39,316 nucleotides of DNA, taken from the NCBI GenBank assembly GCA_022616595.1, contig JAKEEL010000196.1, positions 1 through 39,316 on the forward strand, written 5' to 3'. The notes under the pieces were generated by a model. The model saw nothing but the letters and a program-made list of their open reading frames with translations, searched no databases and was not told the origin of the DNA. Position 1 is the first letter of the stretch; each line of letters starts with the position of its first letter. The stretch is from Methylococcaceae bacterium (GTDB lineage: Bacteria > Pseudomonadota > Gammaproteobacteria > Methylococcales > UBA1147). The position numbers and the translations under genes are program-made. Shown in pieces: positions 27,299-36,858 of this stretch.

Positions 27299-28234
27299 TT
27301 GTCATGGCCCGGATTGGACGCGACGCATTTGACGGGTCCTGAAGCCAAGCGTGCGGTCGCCCGGGAAGGCCTGGTAATCTCCCATCTCGGCAAGAGTCTC
27401 GCCGTGGAAAACGGGTCCGGCGAAACCATTCTGTGCCATACCCGCCGCAATATCGGTACCGTGGCGGTCGGCGACCGTGTGTTGTGGGAACCGGCAGACG
27501 GCCGGCTCGGTTGCGTCGTCGAAATACTCGAACGCCGATCGTTATTGACCAGGCCCGCGCGCGATGAGAAAACCCGTCCAGTCGCCGCGAACCTGGACCA
27601 GATTCTGATCGTGCTCGCGCCAGAACCCCGTTGCGACCTTGTGTTGGTCGATCAATACCTGGTGATCTCGGAAAACCGCGGCCTTCAAGCGCTGTTGGTT
27701 TGCAACAAAACCGATCTCCCGAACCAGCCGAAAGCACTGGATCAGGCCTTGGCGTTCTACCGAGGCATCGGCTATACCACGATACGAGTCAGTGCGAAAA
27801 GCGGAATCGGTCTCGATCAGTTGCAAAGGGAATTGAAAGGTCATACCAGTATGCTCGCCGGGCAATCCGGCGTCGGGAAATCGTCTCTGACCAATGCCTT
27901 GATACCCGACAGGAATCTGCGCACCGGCGAACTGTCGCGAGGCACACTGCACGGAAAACACACGACAACGACGACCACCCTGTTCCATCTGCCGGACGGA
28001 GGTGATTTAATCGACAGTCCCGGGGTCGCTATCTTCGGCCTCGCGGAAACCACGGAAAACGACCTTGCCTTCGGTTACCGGGAATTCCAGCCATTTTTGG
28101 GTCGCTGCCGTTTCAATGATTGCCGGCACGGCGACGACCGGGGTTGCGCAATTTCGCACGCGGTCCAGAACGCAGTGATTTCCGCCGAGCGTTATGAACG
28201 TTTTCTGAAATTGCGGGACAAGCTTCCGCCGTAA
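27299..28234 (+). CDS. rsgA: Ribosome small-subunit-dependent GTPase A
   Basis: Contains circularly permuted GTPase motifs (LVCNKTDL; GQSGVGKSSLTNAL) and a C-terminal Zn knuckle CRFNDCRHGDDRGCAI. It starts at a TTG, and the exact start is uncertain. Confidence 0.9.
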   Translation: MSWPGLDATHLTGPEAKRAVAREGLVISHLGKSLAVENGSGETILCHTRRNIGTVAVGDRVLWEPADGRLGCVVEILERRSLLTRPARDEKTRPVAANLDQILIVLAPEPRCDLVLVDQYLVISENRGLQALLVCNKTDLPNQPKALDQALAFYRGIGYTTIRVSAKSGIGLDQLQRELKGHTSMLAGQSGVGKSSLTNALIPDRNLRTGELSRGTLHGKHTTTTTTLFHLPDGGDLIDSPGVAIFGLAETTENDLAFGYREFQPFLGRCRFNDCRHGDDRGCAISHAVQNAVISAERYERFLKLRDKLPP

Positions 28235-28256
28235 AGCCCCTTCCCGGGGCTTCATT
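28233..28256 (+). terminator. Possible weak terminator hairpin after rsgA
   Basis: A stem AGCCCC-ttccc-GGGGCT directly overlaps the rsgA stop and is followed by TCATTCC. The T-tract is poor. Confidence 0.3.
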
Positions 28257-28371
28257 CCGGATCGCCGGGAAACCGATGGATGTCCGGCGTCGTCTCGTCT
28301 GCCACAACGGTGAAACAGACTGATCGACGGACGAATGTCTTCCGGCCGCTCAGGGTATCTTTCAAGACAGT

Positions 28372-29439
28372 ATGGCTAAGTTCGTCAATAAAAATCGGCT
28401 ACGGTACTTCATTCCCGGTGTTTTATTGGCCGGCCTTTTGTTACTCGGCATGATCGTGCTGCGCGAATATCTCCTTACACTTACCTGGGCATTGATCATC
28501 GCCTATGTCATGTGGCCCCCTTACCGTTTTCTAAGGCGTCGGCTCAAAAACGACGCGACCGTGAGCGCCGCCGTGATGACCGCCATTATTGCGGCAGTAA
28601 TCTCTCTGGCCGCGTACGGGCTGGTCGTCATGCTGCAGGATGAGCTTAAAATCGCCTACAAAACCGTGACGGATAACTTTACTCAAGATGATTATCGGCT
28701 TCCGGAATTTCTGCGGCGGATCCCTTGGCTTGGCGATTATGTGCAGCACGCGATGAATCGCTTGACCGGCGACCGGGCGGGGATGCCGGACCAACTCGCG
28801 GACTTGGTACGGCAATGGATCGGAGAAATTGCCAAATTCCTGGGCGGCCTGGGGCATAATGTTCTGAAGCTCGGAGTGATCGTGGTTACCGTGTTTTTCT
28901 GCTTTCGCGACGGCGATGAAATAGTCCGGCAAATCCATCTCGGATTGGTTCGTTTTCTCGGAGAATATCAGAATGTCTATCTGCAGGCGGCCGGCAACAC
29001 GACGCGGGCCGTCGTCTACGGTCTGGTGCTGGCAGCGGCGGGACAAGGGTTGCTGGCAGGATTCGGCTACGCGTTTGCCGGTGTTAAAGCGCCGCTGCTG
29101 TTTGGCGCGATGACCGCGCTGTTGGCCCTGATTCCGATGGGAGCTACGCTGGTCTGGCTGCCCATCAGTATCCTATTGATTTTCACGAATCAATATTGGC
29201 AGGGGATCGGACTGCTCCTGTGGGGCATTTTCGCGGTCAGCACCATCGATAATGTCATCCGCCCGTTGGTCATCAGCGGTGCGAGCAAAGTACCCTTCCT
29301 GGTCGTGATGTTCGGAGTTCTGGGCGGTCTTGCATCCTTCGGCGCCGTGGGCCTTTTTCTGGGTCCCGTGATCCTGGCTGTTTTGCTGTCGGTGTGGCAG
29401 GCATGGTTGAAGCAACAACGGCAAGAAGAGAAGGAGTAA
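28372..29439 (+). CDS. AI-2E/PerM (UPF0118) family transporter
   Basis: The 355 aa polytopic product has the family-typical ...GLGHNVLKLGVIVVTVFFCFRDG..., ...IPMGATLVWLP... and ...IDNVIRPLVIS....P.L.V..GVLGG...FG..GLFLGPV. Confidence 0.85.
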   Translation: MAKFVNKNRLRYFIPGVLLAGLLLLGMIVLREYLLTLTWALIIAYVMWPPYRFLRRRLKNDATVSAAVMTAIIAAVISLAAYGLVVMLQDELKIAYKTVTDNFTQDDYRLPEFLRRIPWLGDYVQHAMNRLTGDRAGMPDQLADLVRQWIGEIAKFLGGLGHNVLKLGVIVVTVFFCFRDGDEIVRQIHLGLVRFLGEYQNVYLQAAGNTTRAVVYGLVLAAAGQGLLAGFGYAFAGVKAPLLFGAMTALLALIPMGATLVWLPISILLIFTNQYWQGIGLLLWGIFAVSTIDNVIRPLVISGASKVPFLVVMFGVLGGLASFGAVGLFLGPVILAVLLSVWQAWLKQQRQEEKE

Positions 29440-29618
29440 ACGTAGTCCTTTTCCGGGCACCTTTGCCGTAATGATTGAATGGTTCGCCCGGCTACTGCCT
29501 CAGAGGCCCCGAATCAAGGCCGCGCCGAGTGACGCTGATATGACCATCCGGCGACCCGGCGCCGGCACAGAGTCGCCCCAGGCCTCGCACATATCCGCAT
29601 GCGCTTTCATGAAGTCGA

Positions 29619-29954
29619 CTAACCCGGCGGCCAGGTCAACTGCCGCCCTCCGAGAATATGCAGATGCAGGTGATAAACTTCCTGCCCGCCCGCAGACTTG
29701 CAATTGATTGCGACCCGGTAACCCTTCGACAATCCGAGCTGTCCGGCGACGCGCCGGGCGCTCAACAGCAGCTCTCCCGCAAGGGTTTGATCGTCGAGTT
29801 CGTCGAGCGTTTCAATATGCCGTTTGGGGATCACCAAGACATGTACGGGTGCTTTCGGGTGGATATCCCTGAAGGCCAGGACTTCGTCGTTCTCAAAGAC
29901 GACGTCCGGATTGATCTCCCGCTTCACCATTTTGCAAAATATACAATCGGTCAC
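29619..29954 (-). CDS. HIT-family (HinT-like) nucleotide hydrolase
   Basis: The 111 aa product has CIFCKMV....NPDVVFENDEVLAFRDIHPKAPVHVLVIPKRH and the histidine triad HLHLHILGG. Confidence 0.9.
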   Translation of the reverse strand: MTDCIFCKMVKREINPDVVFENDEVLAFRDIHPKAPVHVLVIPKRHIETLDELDDQTLAGELLLSARRVAGQLGLSKGYRVAINCKSAGGQEVYHLHLHILGGRQLTWPPG

Positions 29955-29978
29955 CCTGAACCCTCCCGTCGCTGTCGG

Positions 29979-30575
29979 TTAAATCTCTTTCCGGCCGCTG
30001 AATGCATGCAATAGAGTACCGCTGTCCACATATTCGAGTTCGCCGCCTAGCGGCACCCCGTGTGCGATCCGGGTCACGCGGACCCCGTATGAACGGGCCA
30101 ATCCACTGATATACAATGCGGTCGCCTCCCCCTCGACGGTCGTGCTGGTCGCGAGAATCAGCTCATTCAGCCCCCCCGATTCGAGCCGTTTCTCGAGCAG
30201 CGCCATGCCCAATTCTTCGGGGCCGATACCATCCAAGGGCGAAAGATGACCGTGCAAAACGAAAAAAACCCCGCGAAACACGGTCGCCTGGTCCACGGCG
30301 ATCACATCGGCAGGGCTCTCTACAATACAGAGTACCGAAGGATCGCGGGAAATATCCCGGCAAATCGGACACTGCTGGTCTTCGGTCAAAGTCCTGCAAC
30401 ATTCGCAATGACCGACCCGCTGGATCGCATCCAACAGGGTTTCGGCCAGCAGTTTTGCCCCCTGGCGGTCTCGTTGCAGCAAATGCAAGGCCATGCGCTG
30501 GGCCGATTTGGGCCCGACTCCGGGAAGGCAGCGAAGTCTCTGCATGAGCCGATGTACCAAGTCCGATCCCGGCAC
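29979..30575 (-). CDS. recR: Recombination protein RecR
   Basis: Contains [17 protein letters not shown] (HhH), a C4 Zn finger [16 protein letters not shown] and the Toprim stretch [11 protein letters not shown]. Confidence 0.95.
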   Translation of the reverse strand: MPGSDLVHRLMQRLRCLPGVGPKSAQRMALHLLQRDRQGAKLLAETLLDAIQRVGHCECCRTLTEDQQCPICRDISRDPSVLCIVESPADVIAVDQATVFRGVFFVLHGHLSPLDGIGPEELGMALLEKRLESGGLNELILATSTTVEGEATALYISGLARSYGVRVTRIAHGVPLGGELEYVDSGTLLHAFSGRKEI

Positions 30576-30580
30576 CGGCG

Positions 30581-30904
30581 TCAGAAAGGCATTTTGAAAC
30601 CGCCCGGAAGCTGCAGCCCGGCGGTCAGACTGGCCATCTTTTCCTGTTTCATCTTATCCACCCGCCGAACGCCGTCATTGAAGGCCGCGGCGACCAGATC
30701 TTCCAGCATGTCCCGGTCTTCTTTCACCAGACTCTCGTCGATCTCGATTTTACGCACTTCGCGCTTGCCGGTCATCACAATCTTGACCAGACCGCCGCCC
30801 GACTCTGCATGCACTTCCATTTCGGCCAGTTCCTGCTGGGCTTTCTGAAAGTCTTCCTGCATTTTCTGAGCCTGCTGCATCATGGCTCCAAGAGGGTTTT
30901 TCAT
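30581..30904 (-). CDS. ybaB: YbaB/EbfC nucleoid-associated protein
   Basis: The 107 aa product has ...[47 protein letters not shown], with the conserved position between dnaX and recR. Confidence 0.92.
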   Translation of the reverse strand: MKNPLGAMMQQAQKMQEDFQKAQQELAEMEVHAESGGGLVKIVMTGKREVRKIEIDESLVKEDRDMLEDLVAAAFNDGVRRVDKMKQEKMASLTAGLQLPGGFKMPF

Positions 30905-30929
30905 AATGTCTCTCCGAATTTAAGAGTTT

Positions 30930-32534
30930 TCAGGAAATACCGCGCGGTTCCGTGGTACCCGGCAAAATCGTGGCATCGAAATTTTCGCGCAAGGCCCGTA
31001 TGTTCGCATCATTCGCGATCGAGGTTTCCGCGGCAATCTGCCGCGCCTGGCGTTCCGCGGCCATTTCGAGTGCGGGAGTCGCCATACCCGGCGCACCGAT
31101 TCGAATGCTGAGTTTCAAGGGCCTTTTATAATAATTTTGCAGCGCGTTCTCGAGGCGTTGCTCGATCAATTCGCTTCTCAGACCCTGATGCTTCGGGTCC
31201 AATAGCAGAGCGATGCGCGAATCATCCGCGCTGTCGAGCACACTGTTACAAGCCAGTTCCTTCGCCAAGCCGTTCACGGTCATGGCCTGAATGATCTGCC
31301 GCCACTGTTGGCTGGCGGGGTCTGCGCGCGGCGGGTTCGGCGGCACCGGACCCTCGCCGAGCGAACAATGATCCGGTCCTGGATCCCGTTCGGCGTCCGG
31401 CGCGACCAATTGCTCGGCTTCGTGATCCGCCGATGCATGCCCGGTTTGAAAAACCGCCGGCTTGAATGCGAGCATGCGCAACAACACCATTTCAAAACCG
31501 CTGCGTGCATCCGGGGCCAGATCGAGATCACGGCTTCCGACGAGTCCGATCTGATAGTAAAGCTGGACATCGGCCGGCGGGATCTTTTTAGCCAGGCCCC
31601 TGAGACTCTCGTTGAATTCATCCGCAGCCAGCCGGTCTGGAATCACCTGAAACAATGCCAAGCGATGCAAGTGTCCGAGTAATAGCCGCAAGACTTCCGA
31701 AAAATCGCGCGTCAGATCGGCCAGTTGGTTCACACAATCGAGCAAGCCCGCCGCATCGCCCTTGGCAAGCCGCAACAGAATTTCAATCACCGGCTGTTCG
31801 GCGGCAATGCCGAGCATCGTCTCGACCGATTGCGATTCAACGCGCCCCGCGCCCTGCGCGATGGCTTGATCCAAGAGGCTCAGGGCGTCGCGCATGCTGC
31901 CATCCGCCGAAAGCGCCAGTGCGTTCAGAGCCTTGTCCTCGTATTCGATGCTTTCCGCGGCAAGAATCCTTGCCATTTGAGTCCGGATCTGTTCCGGCGG
32001 CAAGCGCTTCAGGTTCAACTGCAGACATCTGGACAGCACGGTCACCGGAATCTTTTGCGGATCGGTCGTCGCGAGCAGAAATTTAACATGCGGCGGCGGT
32101 TCTTCGAGCGTCTTGAGCAGGGCATTGAAACTGTGCCCGGACAACATGTGGACTTCATCGATCAAATAGACTTTAAAGCCGCCGCGCGAGGGGGCATATT
32201 GAACATTCTCGAGCAGATCGCGCGTATCCTCGACCTTGGTTCTCGACGCCGCGTCCACCTCGATCAGGTCGATGAAGCGCCCGGCGTCCACATCGCGGCA
32301 GACCGCGCACTCCCCGCACGGATCGAAGCCGCTCCGCGATTCGCAGTTCAGGGCCTTGGCCAGGATTCGAGCGATCGTGGTTTTACCGACCCCGCGAGTC
32401 CCGGTGAAGAGGTAGGCATGGTGCATCCGATTATGCACGATCGCATTGGTCAAAGCCCTGAGCACGTGTTCCTGACCGACCACCTCGCTGAAGCGCCGCG
32501 GCCGCCATTTTCGAGCAAGCACCTGATAAGTCAT
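30930..32534 (-). CDS. dnaX: DNA polymerase III subunit gamma/tau
   Basis: Contains YQVLARKWRP..F.EVVGQEHV...L.NA, Walker A GTRGVGKTT, a Zn module CGECAVC, YLIDEVHMLS and SRC. The product is 534 aa. Confidence 0.95.
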   Translation of the reverse strand: MTYQVLARKWRPRRFSEVVGQEHVLRALTNAIVHNRMHHAYLFTGTRGVGKTTIARILAKALNCESRSGFDPCGECAVCRDVDAGRFIDLIEVDAASRTKVEDTRDLLENVQYAPSRGGFKVYLIDEVHMLSGHSFNALLKTLEEPPPHVKFLLATTDPQKIPVTVLSRCLQLNLKRLPPEQIRTQMARILAAESIEYEDKALNALALSADGSMRDALSLLDQAIAQGAGRVESQSVETMLGIAAEQPVIEILLRLAKGDAAGLLDCVNQLADLTRDFSEVLRLLLGHLHRLALFQVIPDRLAADEFNESLRGLAKKIPPADVQLYYQIGLVGSRDLDLAPDARSGFEMVLLRMLAFKPAVFQTGHASADHEAEQLVAPDAERDPGPDHCSLGEGPVPPNPPRADPASQQWRQIIQAMTVNGLAKELACNSVLDSADDSRIALLLDPKHQGLRSELIEQRLENALQNYYKRPLKLSIRIGAPGMATPALEMAAERQARQIAAETSIANDANIRALRENFDATILPGTTEPRGIS

Positions 32535-32588
32535 GACAATCCAGGCATCAAATTAGGACGGTATAGGCGATCGATCGATTGGACGGGA

Positions 32589-32704
32589 GGGAGGCAGGCC
32601 GTGCCAGCCTCACCCCGGCACACGAATCCGCTGCTACCGCTGCTCCCTTCCGGGCCTGACGGGGTTCACAGCGTATCGTTGCGGAGGGACCGACACGGCT
32701 TACC
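32589..32704 (-). ncRNA. ffs: Signal recognition particle RNA (4.5S RNA)
   Basis: The minus strand reads GGUAAGCCGUGUCGGUCCCUCCGCAACG...CCCCGUCAGGCCCGGAAGGGAGCAGCGGUAGCAGCGG...GUGUGCCGGGGUGAGGCUGGCACGGCCUGCC. It aligns along its length with E. coli 4.5S RNA, including the domain IV core GUCAGGxCCGGAAGGxAGCAGC. The 5' GGUAAGCCGUGUCGG pairs with the 3' CUGGCACGGCCUGCC. It sits in the canonical position upstream of dnaX. The ends are accurate to about +/-5 nt. Confidence 0.88.
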
Positions 32705-32909
32705 ATTGGACTATGGATATCGACTTCAAGTTAACCCATCGGACTGGGCCGGGGGCGGCTATTATGCGGGATCGGAATAGGACATTCAAGGGGAGTCCTA
32801 AGTCCCGGATGACCGTCCGGAACTTGGCCTGAAGTCTCCGCCGCGGATACAATACCAAAAGGGAAACCTACCTTCCGGGTTCGCTTGCACAACGTTTTTC
32901 GGAGTATCC

Positions 32910-33416
32910 ATGGCGCGTTATCGACCTCCTTCCCCTGTTTCGTCTCCCTACATCAGTGCCGCCGGTTACGCGATGCTCGAGAAGGAAGTGCAAAGCCTTT
33001 GGCTCCGGCGATCATCGGTAACCCTTGCGCTTGCGGCCGCCGCGGCCGAAGGGGACCGGTCCGAAAATGCCGAGTATATCTATCGCAAAAAGGAACTCCG
33101 CGAAATCGACCGGCGGATTCGATACTTGCAGAAGAGACTGCCGGCCTTGACCGTGGTCTCGAAAGCACCCGCGGATGCCGATTCCATTTTCTTCGGAGCC
33201 GAGGTCGCCTTGGAAAACCACGAGGGAATCGAATCGACCTATCGGATCGTCGGTTCCGATGAATTCGAACCGGCCAAGGGCTGGATCAGCATCGACTCAC
33301 CGCTCGCGCGAGCCCTGCTGAAGAAACAAGCGGGCGATGAAATCCGGGTCGACACGCCTGGCGGTCCGGTTCTTTATTGGATTACCGGGATCCGCTACCC
33401 GGAACACGAGTCATGA
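32910..33416 (+). CDS. greB: Transcription elongation factor GreB
   Basis: The sequence ISAAGYAMLEKEVQSLW...GDRSENAEYIYRKKELREIDRRIRYLQKRL...ISIDSPLARALLKKQAGDEI aligns closely with E. coli GreB. Confidence 0.9.
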   Translation: MARYRPPSPVSSPYISAAGYAMLEKEVQSLWLRRSSVTLALAAAAAEGDRSENAEYIYRKKELREIDRRIRYLQKRLPALTVVSKAPADADSIFFGAEVALENHEGIESTYRIVGSDEFEPAKGWISIDSPLARALLKKQAGDEIRVDTPGGPVLYWITGIRYPEHES

Positions 33417-33471
33417 CGCGGAACCCGACGCTGTTCCAGACTCCGACCCGGCCTTGGACAGGAGCGGTGAA

Positions 33472-34374
33472 TTGACCCGGCGAACCCTCCCTGCGCGAGC
33501 CGAAGATCGATTCGTCGAGCGCCGCTCGGCTCCGGAAACACTCGTGGAATTTCACTACCAGGTATCGTGGCGTTCACACAGCGCGATTCCGGGGCACCAT
33601 TACAGTACGCAGTCCGGAGGCGGTTTCGAATTTCATGGACATGCCCCGCTGATTTCGCATCCGGACCCTCGAAATCTGGATATCCACGCGAGCCTCAACG
33701 ACCCTTTCGGACAATTCGTGGTACGAACTTTCAGACAGCGAAGCGCAATTCCGGTTTATGTACTCGCCGATTTGTCCGCGTCGATGGCTTTCACGGGCAC
33801 GCGCAACAAACATGAAACCCTGGCTTGGTTCAGCGCCTGCGCCGCCTATTCCGCGTTTCGAACCGGAGATCCTTTTGGATTTATCGGCTGCGGCGAACGG
33901 ATCGACCCGAATTTTTGGATACCCCTGCGATGGTACAAATCGATCGCCGAGGAATTGTGGAAGCGTTTGAACAATCATATTCCAAACGAACGGTCGGCTC
34001 GTGGACTCCTGGAAACCGCAGCGCTGATCGGCCGGAAAAAATCGCTGGTTTTCCTGGTTTCGGATTTCCATTTTCCGCTCGCGATCCTGAATCAATTATT
34101 GGAGAATCTCGAGACACATGATGTCGTGCCCGTGGTACTCTGGGACAGCCGGGAACAAGATCATCCCGAGTGGGGCGTCATCCGCTTCAGTGACCCAGAA
34201 AGCGGAAACAGCCGCTTCCTGATATTGCGGCCGGCCTTAAGGGAAAAAATCCGCGCGGCATTCAGACAGCGTCGCGATTCGATCACCAGGCTGTGCGCCC
34301 AATTCGGTCGGGAACCGTTTTTCGTGACGGATGCCTTCGACCCCGAGGAATTGACGCATTACTTTCTTCGATAA
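33472..34374 (+). CDS. DUF58-domain protein (MxaS-like)
   Basis: Contains the DUF58 core ...GGGFEFHGHAPLISHPDPRNLDIHASLNDPFGQFVVRTFRQRSAIPVYVLADLSASM... I propose the TTG start at 33472 (GGAG 8 nt upstream). The track ORF start 33337 lies inside greB and has no ATG before residue ~150. Confidence 0.75.
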   Translation: MTRRTLPARAEDRFVERRSAPETLVEFHYQVSWRSHSAIPGHHYSTQSGGGFEFHGHAPLISHPDPRNLDIHASLNDPFGQFVVRTFRQRSAIPVYVLADLSASMAFTGTRNKHETLAWFSACAAYSAFRTGDPFGFIGCGERIDPNFWIPLRWYKSIAEELWKRLNNHIPNERSARGLLETAALIGRKKSLVFLVSDFHFPLAILNQLLENLETHDVVPVVLWDSREQDHPEWGVIRFSDPESGNSRFLILRPALREKIRAAFRQRRDSITRLCAQFGREPFFVTDAFDPEELTHYFLR

Positions 34375-34397
34375 CCCGATTGCCTTCAATCGACCCG

Positions 34398-35327
34398 ATG
34401 AGCTTCTCGAAGCGCTTTGCCCTCAGTTTCCCTTTCCTGGTCTTCTCCCTGCTCGTTTGTTCCGAGTCCGCACACGCCGGCCCGGTCCGTGATTTGAGAC
34501 TCGAGGCCGGACGCTCGTTCGGACATGCGATGGGCGACCTGATCCGCCATGAAATCCGTTTCGCCCTGGATAAACCCTATCGGCTCGAGCAAGACAGCCT
34601 GCCCCGCTCCGGGAGCCTGGAAAAATGGCTGGACCTGCGTGAAATCGACATCGCGACAATCGAACAAGAACACAGGACCCATTACAAAATCGCTGTCCTC
34701 TACCAGATCTTCCCGTCGATCCGTGAATCCGAAAGCCGCCGGATCCCTGGCCTTCCGTTCCGGGTTTACGATGAAAACCTTAGCCTGACATTCAATAGCC
34801 CCGATACGTTGATCACGGTATCTCCGCTGATCCCGGGCTACATTCCGGATGCTGGAATTACCCTCCGTCCGGCCATCAAACCCGCGCCGATTCCGGTCAC
34901 CGCGCATTGGCGGATTCTTGCCGCCTTGTGCGCGGCCCTGATCCCGGTCGTTGGTTATGCAGCCTGGCGAAGAGGTCTCCTGCCCGGTTTGCGGTCTCGA
35001 AGAATGCCGTTTGCAGCGGCCCGCCGGGAACTCAGGCGATGGCGGAACGCAAAAGCGTCGGCTCCGGAATACCGGAATGCCTTGCTCGCGATTCATCGAG
35101 CCTTGAATCAAACAGCCGGCGAATCCATTTTCGCCCACGGACTGGAAGGCTTTTTCAAGGCTCACCCGGCCTTCGCGCCGATGCGCGAGAAAACCGGCAT
35201 TTTCTTCAGGCTTTCTGAACAAATCTTTTTCACTCAGACGGAAACCCTGGAAAGCGCTGTCTACTCCGTGCACTGGCTCGAACAATTGTGCCGGGAATAC
35301 CACAAGATCGAACGCAGCGCCGGATGA
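34398..35327 (+). CDS. MxaA-like exported/membrane protein (signal peptide, periplasmic domain, one TM, cytoplasmic tail)
   Basis: The ATG at 34398 gives MSFSKRFALSFPFLVFSLLVCSESAHA. There is a later TM segment WRILAALCAALIPVVGYAAW and then RRGLLPGLRSRR. Its position between the DUF58 and vWA genes and its ~309 aa size match MxaA of mxaRSACKL clusters. This family call is from memory and context. Confidence 0.6.
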   Translation: MSFSKRFALSFPFLVFSLLVCSESAHAGPVRDLRLEAGRSFGHAMGDLIRHEIRFALDKPYRLEQDSLPRSGSLEKWLDLREIDIATIEQEHRTHYKIAVLYQIFPSIRESESRRIPGLPFRVYDENLSLTFNSPDTLITVSPLIPGYIPDAGITLRPAIKPAPIPVTAHWRILAALCAALIPVVGYAAWRRGLLPGLRSRRMPFAAARRELRRWRNAKASAPEYRNALLAIHRALNQTAGESIFAHGLEGFFKAHPAFAPMREKTGIFFRLSEQIFFTQTETLESAVYSVHWLEQLCREYHKIERSAG

Positions 35328-36307
35328 ACATCGAATTCGACCACGCGCAATGGCTGGCCGGCTTGATCCTGGCGATACTGCCGCTGGTTCGCCCGCTGCA
35401 AACGGCGGTTCCCTGTTCCTGTACCGACCTGATACCGGACGACCCGCTGTCCGAGGCGGGCGACTGGCTGCTTCGGCTGATTGCGGCAAGCACGCTGGCG
35501 ATCATCGTGTTGGGTTTATCCGGACCGCATGAAAAGGAGCAGCCGATCGAGAAGGTCGGAAACGGGGCCCATATCGTGCTGCTCCTGGACCGAAGCGCGA
35601 GCATGAACCAGAATTTTTCCGGACGCCACATGGGCGGACGAGCCTCCGAAAGCAAGGGTCGCTATGCTCAACAACTGTTGGCCGAATTCGTCGAACGGCG
35701 CGGCAATGATCTGTTCGCGATGGCCTCCTTCAGCACCGCGCCGATTTACACCCTGGCATTGACCCGGGACCGCGATGCGGTATTGTCGGCACTGCGCGCG
35801 GCATCGCTGAAGGGGCGCGGAATCACCAACATGGCCGCGGGTCTGTCCCTGGCGCTGGATTTTTTCACCGGCCGGGCAATGACCGGGTCGAGAATCATTC
35901 TGCTGGTTTCCGACGGCGCGGCCCGTATCGAACCGGAAGCCCGGGAAAGCCTCAGGCAATGGTTTCATGAAGCAAGGGTTTCGCTGTACTGGATTTATCT
36001 TCGAAATCCGAATGGCGCGAGACTCGCCGAGCGGCCGAAAAATCCGGACGAACAGACCACGCCCGAATATTTTCTGCACCAGTTTTTTTTAAGAATGGAA
36101 ATTCCCTATAAAGCCTACGAAGCGGACAATCCCGGAGCCCTGAAACAGGCCATCCGGGACATCGAGCAACTCGAGAACAAACCGATCCTCTATTTCGAGA
36201 AAAGCTTACGCAAGGATTTATCGGCTCCGTGTTATGCGATCGCGGCTGCATTGCTCGCAATCCTGCTCGCGGTCAAATGGATCGAGATTCGGACGGATCG
36301 GCCGTGA
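35324..36307 (+). CDS. Membrane-anchored vWA-domain protein (MxaC/BatA-like)
   Basis: The ATG at 35324 overlaps the upstream TGA (ATGA). There are two N-terminal TM segments, the MIDAS motif IVLLLDRSASM, ...ILLVSDGAA and a C-terminal TM segment. Confidence 0.8.
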   Translation: MNIEFDHAQWLAGLILAILPLVRPLQTAVPCSCTDLIPDDPLSEAGDWLLRLIAASTLAIIVLGLSGPHEKEQPIEKVGNGAHIVLLLDRSASMNQNFSGRHMGGRASESKGRYAQQLLAEFVERRGNDLFAMASFSTAPIYTLALTRDRDAVLSALRAASLKGRGITNMAAGLSLALDFFTGRAMTGSRIILLVSDGAARIEPEARESLRQWFHEARVSLYWIYLRNPNGARLAERPKNPDEQTTPEYFLHQFFLRMEIPYKAYEADNPGALKQAIRDIEQLENKPILYFEKSLRKDLSAPCYAIAAALLAILLAVKWIEIRTDRP

Positions 36308-36858
36308 TGAAGTCGTGGAAGACCATCGATGCCGTGGTCCTGGCCATTCTGCTCGGCCTGATCGCCGCGATCATCGCCGAAGGCTCGCAACTCTATCGAA
36401 TCCGGCAGATCAATCTGGCGATCGCCAGACCCGAAGCCATTGTCGTCGAAGACGATTCACCGCCGGAAATTGTTTTCGCGAAAGCCTGGCATCTCGGCCA
36501 TCGCGGAGAATTCCAGGAGGCCCTGCGCCTGTATAACGGCATCGAGCATCGCGTGACGCGCGGGGAATACGAAAAAGTCAAATACAACATGGGGCAGCTG
36601 TATCTGAGTGAAGCCGCCCGGTATTGGAATGAACAAGGAGTCTGGGCCTATTCGGAAGTTCTGACCTGGTCCGCTTTGGCACAAAAGGCTTTCCATGATG
36701 TGCTGGTTCTCAACCCATCGAACTGGGACGCGCGTTTCAATCTGGAATTCGCGCTGCGGATCTCCCCGCCCCCGAGGGCACAGGAAAAAGCGGATTGGAC
36801 CGGGCGAAGGAGCAGCGTTCATTCGATTTATCCCGGCATCCCGGGAGGCGGCCCATGA
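36307..36858 (+). CDS. MxaK/BatC-like TPR-like membrane protein
   Basis: The ATG at 36307 overlaps the upstream stop by 1 nt (TGATG). There is an N-terminal TM segment AVVLAILLGLIAAIIA and a helical-repeat region (FQEALRLYNG...YNMGQLYL...AQKAFHDVLVLNPSNWDARFNLEFAL). Confidence 0.65.
   Translation: MKSWKTIDAVVLAILLGLIAAIIAEGSQLYRIRQINLAIARPEAIVVEDDSPPEIVFAKAWHLGHRGEFQEALRLYNGIEHRVTRGEYEKVKYNMGQLYLSEAARYWNEQGVWAYSEVLTWSALAQKAFHDVLVLNPSNWDARFNLEFALRISPPPRAQEKADWTGRRSSVHSIYPGIPGGGP

Noticed and set aside
31570-31590. A programmed -1 frameshift site in dnaX that would produce the gamma subunit.
   Set aside because: The only A-rich candidate (GCU AAA AAG AUC, residues LAKKI) is not the A AAA AAG heptamer. 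It has no obvious downstream stem-loop and lies much earlier in the protein than the E. coli site. I saw no canonical slippery site elsewhere by eye.
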